Notes: a model not told the origin generated them from the sequence alone. A DNA stretch of 64,000 nt from Haliotis rubra (GCF_003918875.1 NW_025767413.1:868001-932000); one strand, 5' to 3'; positions 12,991-26,326 are shown, numbered from the stretch's first letter. Translations and numbers: made by a program.

Positions 12991-14608
12991 ACCCCGATAT
13001 ATTCTAGTTCTGGTTGATCCCTCAGTACAACGTAACTCTGACTGATTCCCTAGGATAGCGTTACTGTGACTGACACCCTATAATATTCTAGACTTCCATG
13101 CTTATCCCTGATGATCAGTGAGTATTAGTGTAGTTCTTGCTATCCCCTACTATAACTGATTCTATAGCGTTACTGTGACTGACCCCGATATATTTCTGTA
13201 GTTCATGTTATTCCCTGATAGCGTTACTCACCTATTATAATGTAGTTCTGGTTGATCCCTTAGTACAACGTAACTTACTGTGACTGATTATAATGTAGTT
13301 CTGGCTGATCCCTGTACAACGTTACTGCTGATCCCTGATGATTACACCCTATTATAATGTAGTTCTGGCTGATCCTCAGTACAACGTAACTCTGACTGAT
13401 TACCTAGATTCCCTAGATAGCGTATAATGTAGTGTGGCTGATCCCATAACCTCTGATGATTCCCTAGGATAGCGTTACTGTACACCCTATTATAATGTAG
13501 TTCTGGTTGATCCCTTAGTACAACGTAACTCTGACTGATTCCCTAGGATAGCGTTACTGTGACTGACACCCTATTATAATGTAGTTCTGGCTGATCCCTT
13601 AGTACAACGTAACTCTGACTGATTCCCTAGGATAGCGTTACTGTGACTGACACCCTATTATAATGTAGTTCTGGCTGATCCCTCAGTACAACGTAACTCT
13701 GACTGATTCCCTAGGATAGCGTTACTGTGACTGACACCCTATTATAATGTAGTTCTGGCTGATCCCATAGTACAACGTAACTGATCCCCTATTATACTGG
13801 CTGATCCTATTCCTAGGATAGCGTTACTGTGACTGACACCCTATTATAATGTAGTTCTGGCTGATCCCTCAGTACAACGTAACTCTGACTGATTCCCTAG
13901 GATAGCGTTACTGTGACTGATCCCTCATTATAACGTAGTTCTGGCTGATCTGATACAACGTAACTCTGACTGATTCCGTTACTGTGACTGACACACCCTA
14001 TTATAATGTAGTTCTGGCTGATCCCTCAGTACAACGTAACTCTGACTGATTCCCTAGGATAGCGTTACTGTGACTGACACCCTATTATAATGTAGTTCTG
14101 GCTGATCCCTCAGTACAACGTAACTCTGACTGATTCCCTAGGATAGCGTTACTGTGACTGACACCCTATTATAATGTAGTTCTGGCTGATCCCTCAGTAC
14201 AACGTAACTCTGACTGATTCCCTAGGATAGCGTTACTGTGACCGACACCCTATTATAATGTAGTTCTGGCTGATCCCATAGTACAACGTAACTCTGACTG
14301 ATTCCCTAGGATAGCGTTACTGTGACTGACACCCTATTATAATGTAGTTCTGGCTGATCCCTTAGTACAACGTAACTCTGACTGATTCCCTAGGATAGCG
14401 TTACTGTGACTGACACCCTATTATAATGTAGTTCTGGCTGATCCCTCAGTACAACGTAACTCTGACTGATTCCCTAGGATAACGTTACTGTGACTGACAC
14501 CCTATTATAATGTAGTTCTGGTTGATCCCTCAGTACAACGTAACTCTGACTGATTCCCTAGGATAGCGTTACTGTGACTGACACCCTATTACAGTGTAGT
14601 TCTGGTTG
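12991..14608. repeat. 84-bp satellite (3 x 28-bp subunits)
   Basis: Unit CTATTATAATGTAGTTCTGGCTGATCCC-TCAGTACAACGTAACTCTGACTGATTCC-CTAGGATAGCGTTACTGTGACTGACACC; period 84 (13571 to 13655). Confidence 0.97.
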
Positions 14609-14859
14609 AGTTATGGATAAGTTCGAGAGGGAAAGGTCGGTCGTGAGTTGCAATGATTAACTAAACCGGCAGATGCAGGGGTGGGAGCGTGCTACAGGGG
14701 GGCCGACAGGTGGGAAAGCACTTAAGCACATTTGCAAGTCAAAGCGGTCTATGGGTGTTCTACGTTCGGCCTCTCAGACACATAGATACATGTTGCAACA
14801 TCTTGGCTCTACATCTCCCGAAGGCTGCAAGTTCCTGATGCACGGCAGCTGAGAAAGAT

Positions 14860-14985
14860 AGGATGTCATACCGATACCAGACTGCCCGTTAGCGCAGAGA
14901 CAGCATTGTTTTATGGCGAGCGTAGCATCGGATGCCAGACACTGAATGGTCGCCATGGCATGACGTTCCAGCAGTCACGAGCACA
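14860..14985 (-). pseudogene. Exon 2: C-type-lectin-like N-terminus with a premature stop
   Basis: After the acceptor ttttctggtcAG the frame reads VLVTAGTSCHGDHSVSGIRCYARHKTMLSLR* (stop at 14889-14891). A shifted frame gives GSLVSV, typical of the C-type lectin G-x-L-V-S-I motif. A second copy lies at ~18376-18501. Confidence 0.45.
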
Positions 14986-16536
14986 CTGACCAGAAAATGA
15001 GGTTAAAGTTTCAGTTTCCTTTATTTTATTTTCACGCAATATATGTAACATTGGTTATGCCGGAGTGTATCGTATGGGTATTACAAATAAATGCATCAGT
15101 AATTCTCAGCCTGTGAAAAGGTATCATCGCTTACTACGACACTGTTGCACAAAGCGAGTTTAGCGCTACGATTATCGTTAGCCTATGTTTAGGTAGCGTT
15201 ATATGATCCATCCTGCAACGGAGACCTGGCATCAACAGCATCCTTTATATCATTCCCGAAATCTACATCAGGATATTCTTCAAGCCTCACGAAAAGAGTC
15301 GATACATGTATTAATATTCCGAGTACGACACTTATAAGCATGCCACACGTAGACACACCCTGAAAGCTCGACCAGAGGTTCTTTTTCCCATAAACATATA
15401 GACACTAAAATTCCAGAAACCCAAGCGGGGTTGCTACAAACAATAAAGTGACTCGGTGCCCATGGTTCTTTGAGTCAGACATTCGTAAATCAGAACATTC
15501 TCCTGCCAGTGGCGCTGACCAGACTGATGGTGTTTTACTGCATCATTAAATCCTAAGCACCTGCATTAGTAACGTCAGTCTCAGACAAGGTCATGTTGGA
15601 TGCTGTGTTGAGGTACCACACAGCTTTTATTTGCTAATACTTTAAACTGGGTATAGATGTTTCTGTGCTGTACAACACAGCCAGGTAACACAACTAAGAT
15701 TCGCGTGGTCAGGATTGGTTAAACTTCCCTACGGAACGCGTGTGACCAAACAGTTTAAACCTGGTACACATAAGTATGTTGTATTACGTTCCTATGAGCC
15801 ATCCGTTTGCAATCACGCATATCGTGGTCGCTGCATCAGTTTAACGGCCATTGCACACGGGCTTATCTTTCACACATGGGTTTTCTGGAAGCAATAATTC
15901 TACCGGTAGCAGTGGTAACTTGACGTGATCAGATTGAATGATACTGGCAACGAGGTCCGGCGATCTCCCACATCCTGAGGAAGAGATGGCCAACAACTCT
16001 GCCATGACATCCAAAGATTTCTATCGCCTGTAGTGGTGTTTTTTATTTTAAAATGGTAAGATGTTAAAGTAACACTGTACTCGGTACGCTGTTGCATTGG
16101 TCTAAGCATCAATGATTGATGCCCTTCTCCAGAAACTATTACCCAGTGACTATTTCGCATTGGCTAGGACGATTTGTGCACTGGAATTTCAAAGCCTTCA
16201 GTATCTCTGGATATTCGTATTTGTGCCCGGATTTGGGAAACTGATACATTTTTTATCCGACTGTATGGTAAAAGTATATGTTGACATCTGTGAACTCCGT
16301 TATCATTGAGTTTATGATCGTTTAAAACTCTTTCAAAAAGGAATAAAACAGATGTTTTAAAAATAGACTCTTTCGCTTTAAATCATAATTCGTAGGGTTA
16401 TTTCACTGGGTTATTTTTTATATTCTTTATGATAAGATGAGTAAAACCGGAGACAGGAAGAAATACAAGGAATTGTCAAAGAAGTTTCATTAGGACGTTT
16501 GCAAAAGTTACTCAATAGCCAGTAAAATTCACTTAC

Positions 16537-16586
16537 CTGTTGCCAAGGAAAATCCCAATGGTAAAGACTACGACGAAAGTCGTCAT
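16537..16586 (-). pseudogene. Exon 1: signal-peptide exon (MTTFVVVFTIGIFLGN)
   Basis: AAAACCATGA start context, a hydrophobic stretch and the donor CAG|GTAAGT; it splices in frame (phase 2) to the exon at 14985. The copy at 20064-20115 is 2 bp longer and out of frame with its exon 2. Confidence 0.5.
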
Positions 16587-17237
16587 GGTTTTATGTCCCC
16601 AATCCTACCTACAAGAATCACTACACATCCAACCTTCTGTATCCCTCAAGCCAACTGACGACCGTCTCTCCGCTTCACACTCTGCCAACAAAAATAGACC
16701 CAGAAGCAGACGATAGATTGTGCGTTGTCAGCTCGTGCGAATTGGGGAACTGAGCGTCCGTCAATCTGGTATCCCACTAACAATTCCCGCGGTTACTCCA
16801 CAGGCACTCTCTGTAGTAAACGGCAGGCTTTGGTAGTGTGCGGGTACTTTTTCCTATCCGCGGCCTTGAATGTGTGTGTTATTAGCTTGCTGTACACCAG
16901 CATCTACCAAACTCATCGGTTTTCACTGCGTTATTTTACTGTGCAAAAAGTAACTCCTGTAGTTTTTCATTAGAGGAGAATTCAAGTACTTTTGGAGGGT
17001 ACGCAAACGTTTTAAACATCCAGAATCTCGTTCAACAAACACCAAGATGGATAGGTTTGATGTTTTAGTTAACAGGGGATGAGCGAGTGAGAGTACGCCG
17101 CATTGTATTTACCCACTGATATAATTGTACATACAGGTTTTCCAAAGGCTTAAAATCAGAGGTGGTTGTTGTGATTATAAACTTCGAATTGAGGATCGGG
17201 TGATATCCAAATTCACGATAGAATTCGCAAATGGGAA

Positions 17238-17362
17238 GTGAGGAGTGAGCGAGTTAAGTGTACGCTGCTTTTATCAATACTCCAGCAATATCACGGCGGG
17301 ACGCCAGAAATGGGCTTCACATATTGTACCCATGTAGGGAATCGAACCCGGGTCTTCAGCGA
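17238..17362 (-). mobile_element. 5'-truncated SINE family A (duplicate at ~20766-20892)
   Basis: GAGT tail, CCAGAAATGGGCTTCAC body, B box (AATCGAACC on +). Confidence 0.85.
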
Positions 17363-17574
17363 AGCAAAATGGGTAGTTACAAACGGAAGCTTAACTACTA
17401 GTATTACTCTAGATGATTTGACGAAAAGAAATGCATTATTAAGACACAAACACTTTCAGCGACACCTCGTTTGTCTTGACAAGTTACTCCGGTAGCCCTC
17501 AGCCTGGACAGTTATATTTTGGGGCTCGCATTAACTAAAGTGACATGCTGGATGGGGTTAACCACTCTAGTCAT

Positions 17575-17650
17575 GTTAACAAGGCGTCCTACTTACGCGT
17601 CCGACTTCGGTTCAGAAGGTCCGTGGTTCGAATCCCAGCACGGGACTCCG
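17575..17650 (+). pseudogene. tRNA-Arg(TCG)-derived remnant or SINE head (further copies at ~21175-21230 and ~21432-21500)
   Basis: AAGGCGTCC...GCGTCCGACTTCGGTTCAGAAGG..GGTTCGAATCCC resembles the anticodon and T arms of tRNA-Arg(UCG); there is an internal duplication and no acceptor stem. Confidence 0.65.
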
Positions 17651-17684
17651 AAATTTTGGATGGCCGCTACATTTAGACAATCCT

Positions 17685-17957
17685 GGCCCCTAATTTTCGA
17701 AACAAACTTAAGTTTTTATCAAATTTCAAACTGAGTTTGACAATTTGAAACAGCTGAATTTTTCCACTCAACTGCATTTTAAAATAAAAAAGACCAAACA
17801 ACTTGAGTGATCTATCCACCAAACTCAAATTGTCTACTATGTTTGAGTTTAATATCAATTTCAGTTTATTCTAGGAAATGCATTTTCTCAATTTGGGTAA
17901 AATCTCTAACTTAAGTCAAAACTCAGACTTAAGCTTTTGTTTCGAGAAATAGGGGCC
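17685..17957. mobile_element. ~273-bp MITE present only in duplication copy 1
   Basis: Terminal inverted repeats (TIRs) GGCCCCTA..TTTCGAAACAAA / TTTGTTTCGAGAAATAGGGGCC flanked by TCCT...TCCT; the empty site GACAATCCTGCCAATG is at ~21526-21541 and an inverted homologue at 52321. Confidence 0.92.
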
Positions 17958-18267
17958 TCCTGCCAATGTTATTGGAAAGGTTCTAGTGATCGATGTTCCA
18001 TTGTACATAGTACTTCACAAGCAAATGATGATAAGGTAATAATGCATGAATGGATGACGCTAAACTTATTTTCCACACTACCGAAGCTCATTGTGGTGGA
18101 AGTGAAGATACGCATAGACATTGTATTTTGTACATACATGTATAGAAAGTTCCGTTAAGAGCCAGGTATAATAGGCGGCTTGTGGTTGAAGGTAGCAATC
18201 GGTCACCAATTAAAGTCCCACTAATCCCACAACGAAGCTTACATCACCCGTATGTTCCTCACGTCAT

Positions 18268-21200
18268 TGGGTGTTCTACGTTCGGCCTCTTAGACACATA
18301 GATACATGTTGCAACATCTTGGCTCTACATCTCCCGAAGGCTGCAAGTTCCTGATGCACGGCAGCTGAGAAAGATAGGATGTCATACCGATACCAGACTG
18401 CCCGTTAGCGCAGAGACAGCATTGTTTTATGGCGAGCGTAGCATCGGATGCCAGACACTGAATGGTCGCCATGGCATGACGTTCCAGCAGTCACGAGCAC
18501 ACTGACCAGAAAATGCCTCTTGAACATGAGGTTAAAGTTTCAGTTTCCTTTATTTTATTTTCACGCAATATATGTAACATTGGTTATGGCGGAGTGTATC
18601 GTATGGGTATTACAAATAAATGCATCAGTAATTCTCAGCCTGTGAAAAGGTATCATCGCTTACTACGACACTGTTGCACAAAGCGAGTTTAGCGCTACGA
18701 TTATCGTTAGCCTATATTTAGGTAGCGTCATATGATCCATCCTGCAACGGAGACCTGGCATCAACAGCATCCTTAATATCATTCCCGAAATCTACTTCAG
18801 GATATTCTTCAAGCCTCACGAAAAGAGTCGATACATGTATTAATATTCCGAGTACGACACTTATAATCATGTCACACGTAGACACACCCTGAAAGCTCGA
18901 CCAGAGGTTCTTTTTCCCATAAACATATAGACACTAAAATTCCAGAAACCCAAGCGGGGTTGCTACAAACAATACAGTGACTCGGTGCCCATGGTTCTTT
19001 GAGTCAGACATTCGTAAATCAGAACATTCTCCTGCCAGTGGCGCTGACCAGACTGATGGTGTTTTACTGCATCATTAAATCCTAAGCACCTGCATTAGTA
19101 ACGTCAGTCTCAGACAAGGTCATGTTGGATGCTGTGTTGAGGTACCACACAGCTTTTATTTGCTAATACTTTAAACTGGGTATAGATGTTTCTGTGCTGT
19201 ACAACACAGCCAGGTAACACAACTAAGATTCGCGTGGTCAGGATTGGTTAAACTTCCCTACGGAACGCGTGTGACCAAACAGTTTAAATCTGGTACACAT
19301 AAGTATGTTGTATTACGTTCCTATGAGCCATCCGTTTGCAATCACGCATATCGTGGTCGCTGCATCAGTTTAACGGCCATTGCACACGGGCTTATCTTTC
19401 ACACATGGGTTTTCTGGAAGCAATAATTCTACCGGTAGCAGTGGTAACTTGACGTGATCAGATTGAATGATACTGGCAACGAGGTCCAGCGATCTCCCAC
19501 ATCCTGATGAAGAGATGGCCAACAACTCTGCCATGACATCCAAAGATTTCTATCGCCTGTAGTCGTGTTTTTTATTTTAAAATGGTAAGATGTTAAAGTA
19601 ACACTGTACTCGGTACGCTGTTGCATTGGCTTAAGCATCAATGATTGATGCCCTTCTCCAGAAACTATTACCCAGTGACTATTTCGCATTGGCTAGGACG
19701 ATTTGTGCACTGGAATTTCAAAGCCTTCAGTATCTCTGGATATTCGTATTTGTGCCCGGATTTGGGAAACTGATACATTTTTTATCCGACTGTATGGTAA
19801 AAGTATATGTTGACATCTGTGAACTCCGTTATCATTGAGTTTATGATCGTTTAAAACTCTTTCAAAAGGAATAAAACAGATGTTTTAAAAATAGACTCTT
19901 TCGCTTTAAATCATAATTCGTAGGGTTATTTCACTGGGTTATTTTTATATTCTTTATGATAAGATGAGTAAAACCGGAGACAGGAAGAAATACAAGGAAT
20001 TGTCAAAGAAGTTTCATTAGGACGTTTGCAAAAGTTACTCAATAGCCAGTAAAATTCACTTACCTGTTGCCAAGGAAAATCCTTGAATGGTAAAGACTAC
20101 GACGAAAGTCGTCATGGTTTTATGTCCCCAATCCTACCTACAAGAATCACTACACATCCAACCTTCTGTATCCCTCAAGCCAACTGACGACCGTCTCTCC
20201 GCTTCACACTCTGCCAACAAAAATAGACCCAGAAGCAGACGATAGATTGTGCGTTGTCAGCTCGTGCGAATTGGGGAACTGAGCGTCCGTCAATCTGGTA
20301 TCCCACTAACAATTCCCGCGGTTACTCCACAGGCACTCTCTGTAGTAAACGGCAGGCTTTGGTAGTGTGCGGGTACTTTTTCCTATCCGCGGCCTTGAAT
20401 GTGTGTGTTATTAGCTTGCTGTACACCAGCATCTACCAAACTCATCGGTTTTCACTGCGTTATTTTACTGTGCAAAAAAGTAACTCCTGTAGTTTTTCAT
20501 TAGAGGAGAATTCAAGTAGTTTTGGAGGGTACACAAACGTTTTAAACATCCAGAATCTCGTTCAACAAACACCAAGATGGATAGGTTTGATGTTTTAGCT
20601 AACAGGGGATGAGCGAGTGAGAGTACGCCGCATTGTATTTACCCACTGATAATTGTACATACAGGTTTTCCAAAGGCTTAAAATCGGAGGTGGTTGTTGT
20701 GATTAAAAACTTCGAATTGAGGATCGGGTGATATCCAAATTCACGATAGAATTCGCAAATGGGAAGTGAGTGAGTGAGCGAGTTAAGTGTACGCTGCTTT
20801 TATCAATACTCCAGCAATATCACGGCGGGACGCCAGAAATGGGCTTCACATATTGTACCCATGTAGGGAATCGAACCCGGGTCTTCAGCGAAGCAAAATG
20901 GGTAGTTACAAATGGAAGCTTAACTACTAGTATTACTCTAGATGAATTTGACGAGAACAAATCCATTATTAAAACACGTACGACAAACACTTTCAGCGAC
21001 ACCTCGTTTGTCTTGACAGGTTACTCCGGTAGCCCTCAGTCTGGACAGTTATATTTGGGGGCTCGCATCAACTAAAGTGACATCCTGGAATTGTATGTAG
21101 CAGGGCGTGGTGTCATCTTCCAGATGACATTCTTACTTTGACAGCTTGCTGATGGGGTTAACTTCTTTGGTCATGTGGACAAGGCGTCCGATGTCGGATC

Positions 21201-21774
21201 AGCGGTTCGAATCCTAGCACAAAACTCGGACATTCTATGGCCGCTACACTGGTTCCCATTGACTGGGCACGTTCATATCAAGTTTGAGCAAAATAAGTCT
21301 CGATATATAGCTATGCGGCCCTGGACGTTCCTTCTGTTTAAGGGGGAATATATATATATAGCTAGGCGTGGAGTTATCCCACAGATGACTTTGTCGGCAT
21401 GCTGATAGGGTTAACCACCCTAGTCATGTGAACAAGGCGTCCGACTTACGCGTCCGACTTCGGTTCAGAAGGTTCGTGGTTCGAATCCCAGCACGGGACT
21501 CGGAAATTTTGTGGCCTCTACATTTAGACAATCCTGCCAATGTTATTGGAAAGGTTCTGGTGATCGATGTTCCATTGTACATAGTTCTTCACAAGCAAGT
21601 GATGATAAGGTAATAATACATGAATGGATGATGCTAAACTTATTTTCCACACTACCGAAGCTCATTATGGTGGAAGTGAAGATACGCATAGACATTGTAT
21701 TTTGTACATACATGTATAGAAAGTTCCGTTAAGAGCCAGGTATAATATCACCCGTATGTTCCTCACGTTATTGG
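18268..21774. repeat. Tandem segmental duplication, copy 2
   Basis: Begins TGGGTGTTCTACGTTCGG and ends ATCACCCGTATGTTCCTCACGT.ATTGG like copy 1; TGG microhomology at the junction. Confidence 0.97.
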
Positions 21775-23275
21775 ATTTTCACGCTCATGCGTCCTAGCAA
21801 GTGCCGTGGATCAAAACAAGCTTAACGCTACGAAAGCCTACGTTAAAGCATGCGAGTTACAATCACGCTGCGCTGAGATATCTTTGTACGACACCCACAG
21901 AAGTCGTGTAAGGAAAGACAACTCCACTGTAAATGTCTGTAAGTCTATAAGTATCACTCTATGATTTCCTTTAAAGCAGGAGACCCTGGTTTGATTCCCC
22001 CACATGGGTACAACGCTAAGTTCGACAGCTGGAACACTGTGTCTTCCTTGAGATGAACAAGGCAACATGACATGGCTATTTCCACAATTTTGGAATCGGT
22101 TTAAAGTCTCCTTGATAAAACAGTTCAACAACTGCTCTTTAATTTTCACACAGAAGCAGTGAAATGCGAATATACAATTAGACCACAAATATACACCAAC
22201 TATAAATATACACCACAGCTCCTGGGTATTGATATGTAACAGCCTTACATTGAGTGCATTTACGTCATGAATACAGTAACGTTTTAACAAAGCATATTTT
22301 GTTTTTTTCACTCCAGTCACGAAACCACAAAAAGTGTACGTCCGTCACGCGAACCGTCTATTTGGAGAAAGGGCCGTGGGGAGCAATAGCTGATTAATCT
22401 CTATTTTGTAAGCGGGGGACACAGTCATAACTACATAGGCATATGTAGAAAGCTTGGCGTCAGATATCCTCTCGCTGGTGTCAATTGGTCTGACATTTCC
22501 CTGACTATCGCTGGAGTATCACTAACTACAGATGATGTACATACATTAGCCTGTTAGAGATGTGAAACTAACACCTACCTAACTGCTGTCGGCGATGGGA
22601 TTCGCCGTAAGTGTTTGCACCGTCATTCGCCTTTGTTTTTTCTGAAGTGTGCTTCGGACATCAGAGCCTTATAAAACAGCTCGTCTTTGTTATATGTTCT
22701 GTCACATGCGGTTCAAGAACTGTCCAACTTGTCAGAGGCCATACATATATGCTTATATGATCTTGTGCAATCATACATTAATCGGGCATTACTTTTTATT
22801 GCCATGAATGGTCAATATTTTGTTCTGATCTTTAAATGTAGATATTGCCGGTCGTCATTGTTACGCGTGCTTCAGAACTGAAGCGAATGTTGTTTAATAC
22901 CGCGGGTAACAATATTCCAGCCATGTCACGGTGACCTGTAGAAAATCAAGACGAGACAAATCAGAAACTGAAAACACGAGAAACATGTTTGGCTCACGAT
23001 GACATGCGGTCACAAAGTCACACCCTCCTATTACAAGCATGTGGAACTGGACAGGTATTTGACCCGAATCTCATGCATGTGAAAGTTTTCAGACAATGGT
23101 CGCTTGTTTTCAGGTATCGCTTACCAGTGAGTATACAGCAAGCCACTTGTTCAAGTCTCTCTCACAGCCCCAGAGAATATATACAAAACTCAAATCTAGA
23201 ATGATTATTCAAGTCCAGCTTGTCTTAGTTCTCCCTGTCTGAAAATAAGCATAGTTCTGGGTTCCATGTTTATTG

Positions 23276-23454
23276 GGGACGGTGGGGAAGCCTTGTGATT
23301 AAAACGTTCGCTAATCACACCGAAAACCCAGGCTCGATTCCCCACATGGGTAGAATGTGTGAAGCCCATTTCTGGTGTCCCCGGCCATGATATTGCTGGA
23401 ATATTGCTAACAGCGGCGTAAAACTAAACTCACTCACTCACTCACCCACTCACA
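23276..23454 (+). mobile_element. Full-length SINE family A with 12-bp TSD
   Basis: tRNA-like head and (ACTC)n tail; TSD CCATGTTTATTG at 23264-23275 and 23455-23466. Confidence 0.93.
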
Positions 23455-26277
23455 CCATGTTTATTGTACTTATTTTGTAGCTATACGTTTTTTAAAAAAC
23501 CTATATTTGTTACTGGGATTATAAGTTAGTGTGACATTATCCCTCTGAGAATTAAATATATCGTCCTCAACACATTACGTCTAAAGGAACTATAACGATC
23601 ATAGATTTTGTTCCATGCAATTTGTATAAACACCTGGTGTCATCACTAATGATCAACCGTGTGTGTAGACTTTTGCTCCTCATTCCCCGATTGTTTTGAT
23701 ACTTCCCGTTATATGGGCCCCGAATGTGAATGCCTTTAGCTTTGAGGTCTGAATTATTGGACGATCAGCATTCTAAGTGGTTTCGGTGTTCAAAGTGGTA
23801 AACGCTTGTTAAATGCTTTAAATTGAGCAAATTGGCCATTGCAATGTGCTGAACGTCCCTGTTTATATATGTCAATGAACCCATTTAAAATAAAGGTCAC
23901 GCTGCTGAACTTCCTGCAACAAGGTCAAGGTCAAGGTAAAGATGATCAGTGAAAATGGTCAGTACAAAGACCGATGGTTCAAACTCAAAGCAGGCAAACT
24001 TCAAACTCCTTACCACGACCTCTATAGGGGTCACGTTTCCTTGATCGTGATTGTTTAAATAGAAGGTATTTTCCAAGGACATAAAGTTCTATTCTTGGTA
24101 TTTTGCGCCGTTCCGAATGAAATCGTCGTCTGGTTACCCAGTCAACTCAGGCCATGCAATGCGCTGTGCATTCACCTCTACCTCGTGTGGTTACCCAGTC
24201 AACTCTTCGTCTTGACAGAAACTCGTGATTGTGGGTTCGAATCCCGATTCGCTCTTACTATGTTTCTGGGTTTATAAAAATGTATTCCGTGCTTTCGTTT
24301 CACCGAAGTGGTCATTGTCCATCTCCATCATTCCTCCCACATCAGCCCTGTCAACAGATTCGCCATGACATGCTAGAAAACTGTTCAAAGAGGCGACTCA
24401 CTCCTAACACCAATCGCCGTGAAAGCGGGGTCTCCACATTGAAGGGGCCCAGGGTGCCGTTGAACAAAGCGATGTTAGGGCTGAGGTGACCGTAACTCTC
24501 ATACCTTAACACAGACTTGCGATGAAGCTGTGCCGTACAAGGGTACCCATGTTTACAGGGGTTTTAGGTATAAGGTATTATAGCATATACCAAAGAATAA
24601 CGTACAACCATACTTACTCGCTAAAACCACTTAGAAACATACTTGACAAAAACTGAAACCCCTTCACATTTTTGTCTTTCTTTACCTTTTTCCAAGTCAA
24701 TCAGCTTGCAGGCTGGGATTAAAATACATGTCAATAACGAGCTCTAGTCTCAATCATTAGCAGAGGAGCACTCGTTGATTTGTAAACGATTCTGCCTTCT
24801 GTTCCCTATATGTTAGAAGACCGTACCATTCGTTTACTTCTGCGAGTCGTGTGTTAAGGAATTCAGCATCGACAAAAGATGATTCCGGAGAGACGCAAAT
24901 GCGCGGGACACGCGTTTGGTTCACATCTTGAATGTATCCAAACATCATTCTAAGTTAATAGGCATCGTTGGAACTTAAATTACGTGTAACTTTTCAATCG
25001 GCTGTGAAGATAATATCTGCAGAAATGTCGGCAAAGAACTACTGAAAAGTAGCATGGACTTTAGTTAAAAAGTAAAACGTTAAGATTTATTTTCTCATTG
25101 AGAGAAGTTGTTTCTTCAGGCCTCCAGACATATACTAGTACGCTATTCCCACTGTATGCAATTGCAATAAGGATATTGGATGGCAAGAGCGTTATGCCTT
25201 TCGTCCGCCCCGATTTTTTGTTTGTATTTTCAAGCGCTATACTCACGCAGACAAGTTGCACAAGTGATAAAATCTAAGACCTGCAATTCGCGAATTCCTC
25301 CCGCATCAAGCNNNNNNNNNNNNNNNNNNNNNNNNNNNNNNNNNNNNNNNNNNNNNNNNNNNNNNNNNNNNNNNNNNNNNNNNNNNNNNNNNNNNNNNNN
25401 NNNNNNNNNNNNNNNNNNNNNNNNNNNNNNNNNNNNNNNNNNNNNNNNNNNNNNNNTATCATGATCAATGTTCGGTTCGTAAGGATTCAAGCTGCATAGC
25501 AGCGATATAGATTCAAACTTTCGGAGACAAGAAACTATGTCATGAACACTGACCATTCGCATCTTGACGAATATTTGTGTTTCCGGTTTATCGTTGATCA
25601 TGCGTAATGTATAGAAAAACTACCGCTGCCTTGTTTGGACTGATTACCACACCACGAATAGACTGCGCAGGAATAAGGCAAACACAGAACCTGTCCGTGG
25701 AGACTAGAACTCGATCCTACTGTCCACGTGTTCATCACCGAGTACAGCCAACTAACAGCTGTGCTGTGGCTAGGTATTCACTGACATTCACCACATGTGT
25801 GTGTGTAAATACGGAACTTGGACTCAACAGAACAAGCGTACATGTGCATCGTGGATCACTTAATTAGTTCAATGATGATTATCATATCGACAAAAGATCA
25901 GCTGCATTTGGCAAACGCTGATTCAGCGCTATACCAGCCCCTATGCATATTGGACAAACACTGAAATACAAACTGCAGTGAGACATAAGGCAGCAAACAA
26001 ACACTGATAGTGAGCTGCCCCGGCAGGGCAGGTCAAGCTTACGGCTTTTTATATCTGTTATCAGTGATCCATTCTTTTCTTTTCTCCTTTTCCACCAAAC
26101 AGAGTTTTGACCTGTTCTTCTCTGAGGTGTATGTGGTACTGACAAGGACAAGAACTGGTAAAGTCACTGTGATCCTAGTAATTTATTGATAACATTTGCC
26201 TATAAAAAAGCGCCATTTCAGACACATCCATCGCTTAACTCGTTATTAATTAACCAACTGGTCGAGTCAGTGGGTGA

Positions 26278-26326
26278 AACAATCAATCAATCAATCAATC
26301 TATCAATCAATCAATCAATCAATCAA
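26278..26326. repeat. (CAAT)n microsatellite
   Basis: About 12 tandem copies. Confidence 0.95.

Larger units (their letters stand above)
14752..18267. repeat. Tandem segmental duplication, copy 1 (~3.5 kb)
   Basis: Near-identical to 18268-21774 (offset 3516 at the start); identical ORFs appear twice in the track. Confidence 0.97.

Noticed and set aside
17575-17650. Functional tRNA-Arg gene
   Set aside because: No acceptor stem, internal duplication and no terminator; treated as a tRNA-derived remnant.
21838-22320. 160-aa ORF
   Set aside because: Non-ATG start, crosses a SINE fragment, no recognisable motif.
25180-25601. ORFs spanning 25312-25456 and 28679-28834
   Set aside because: Artefacts of N-gaps.
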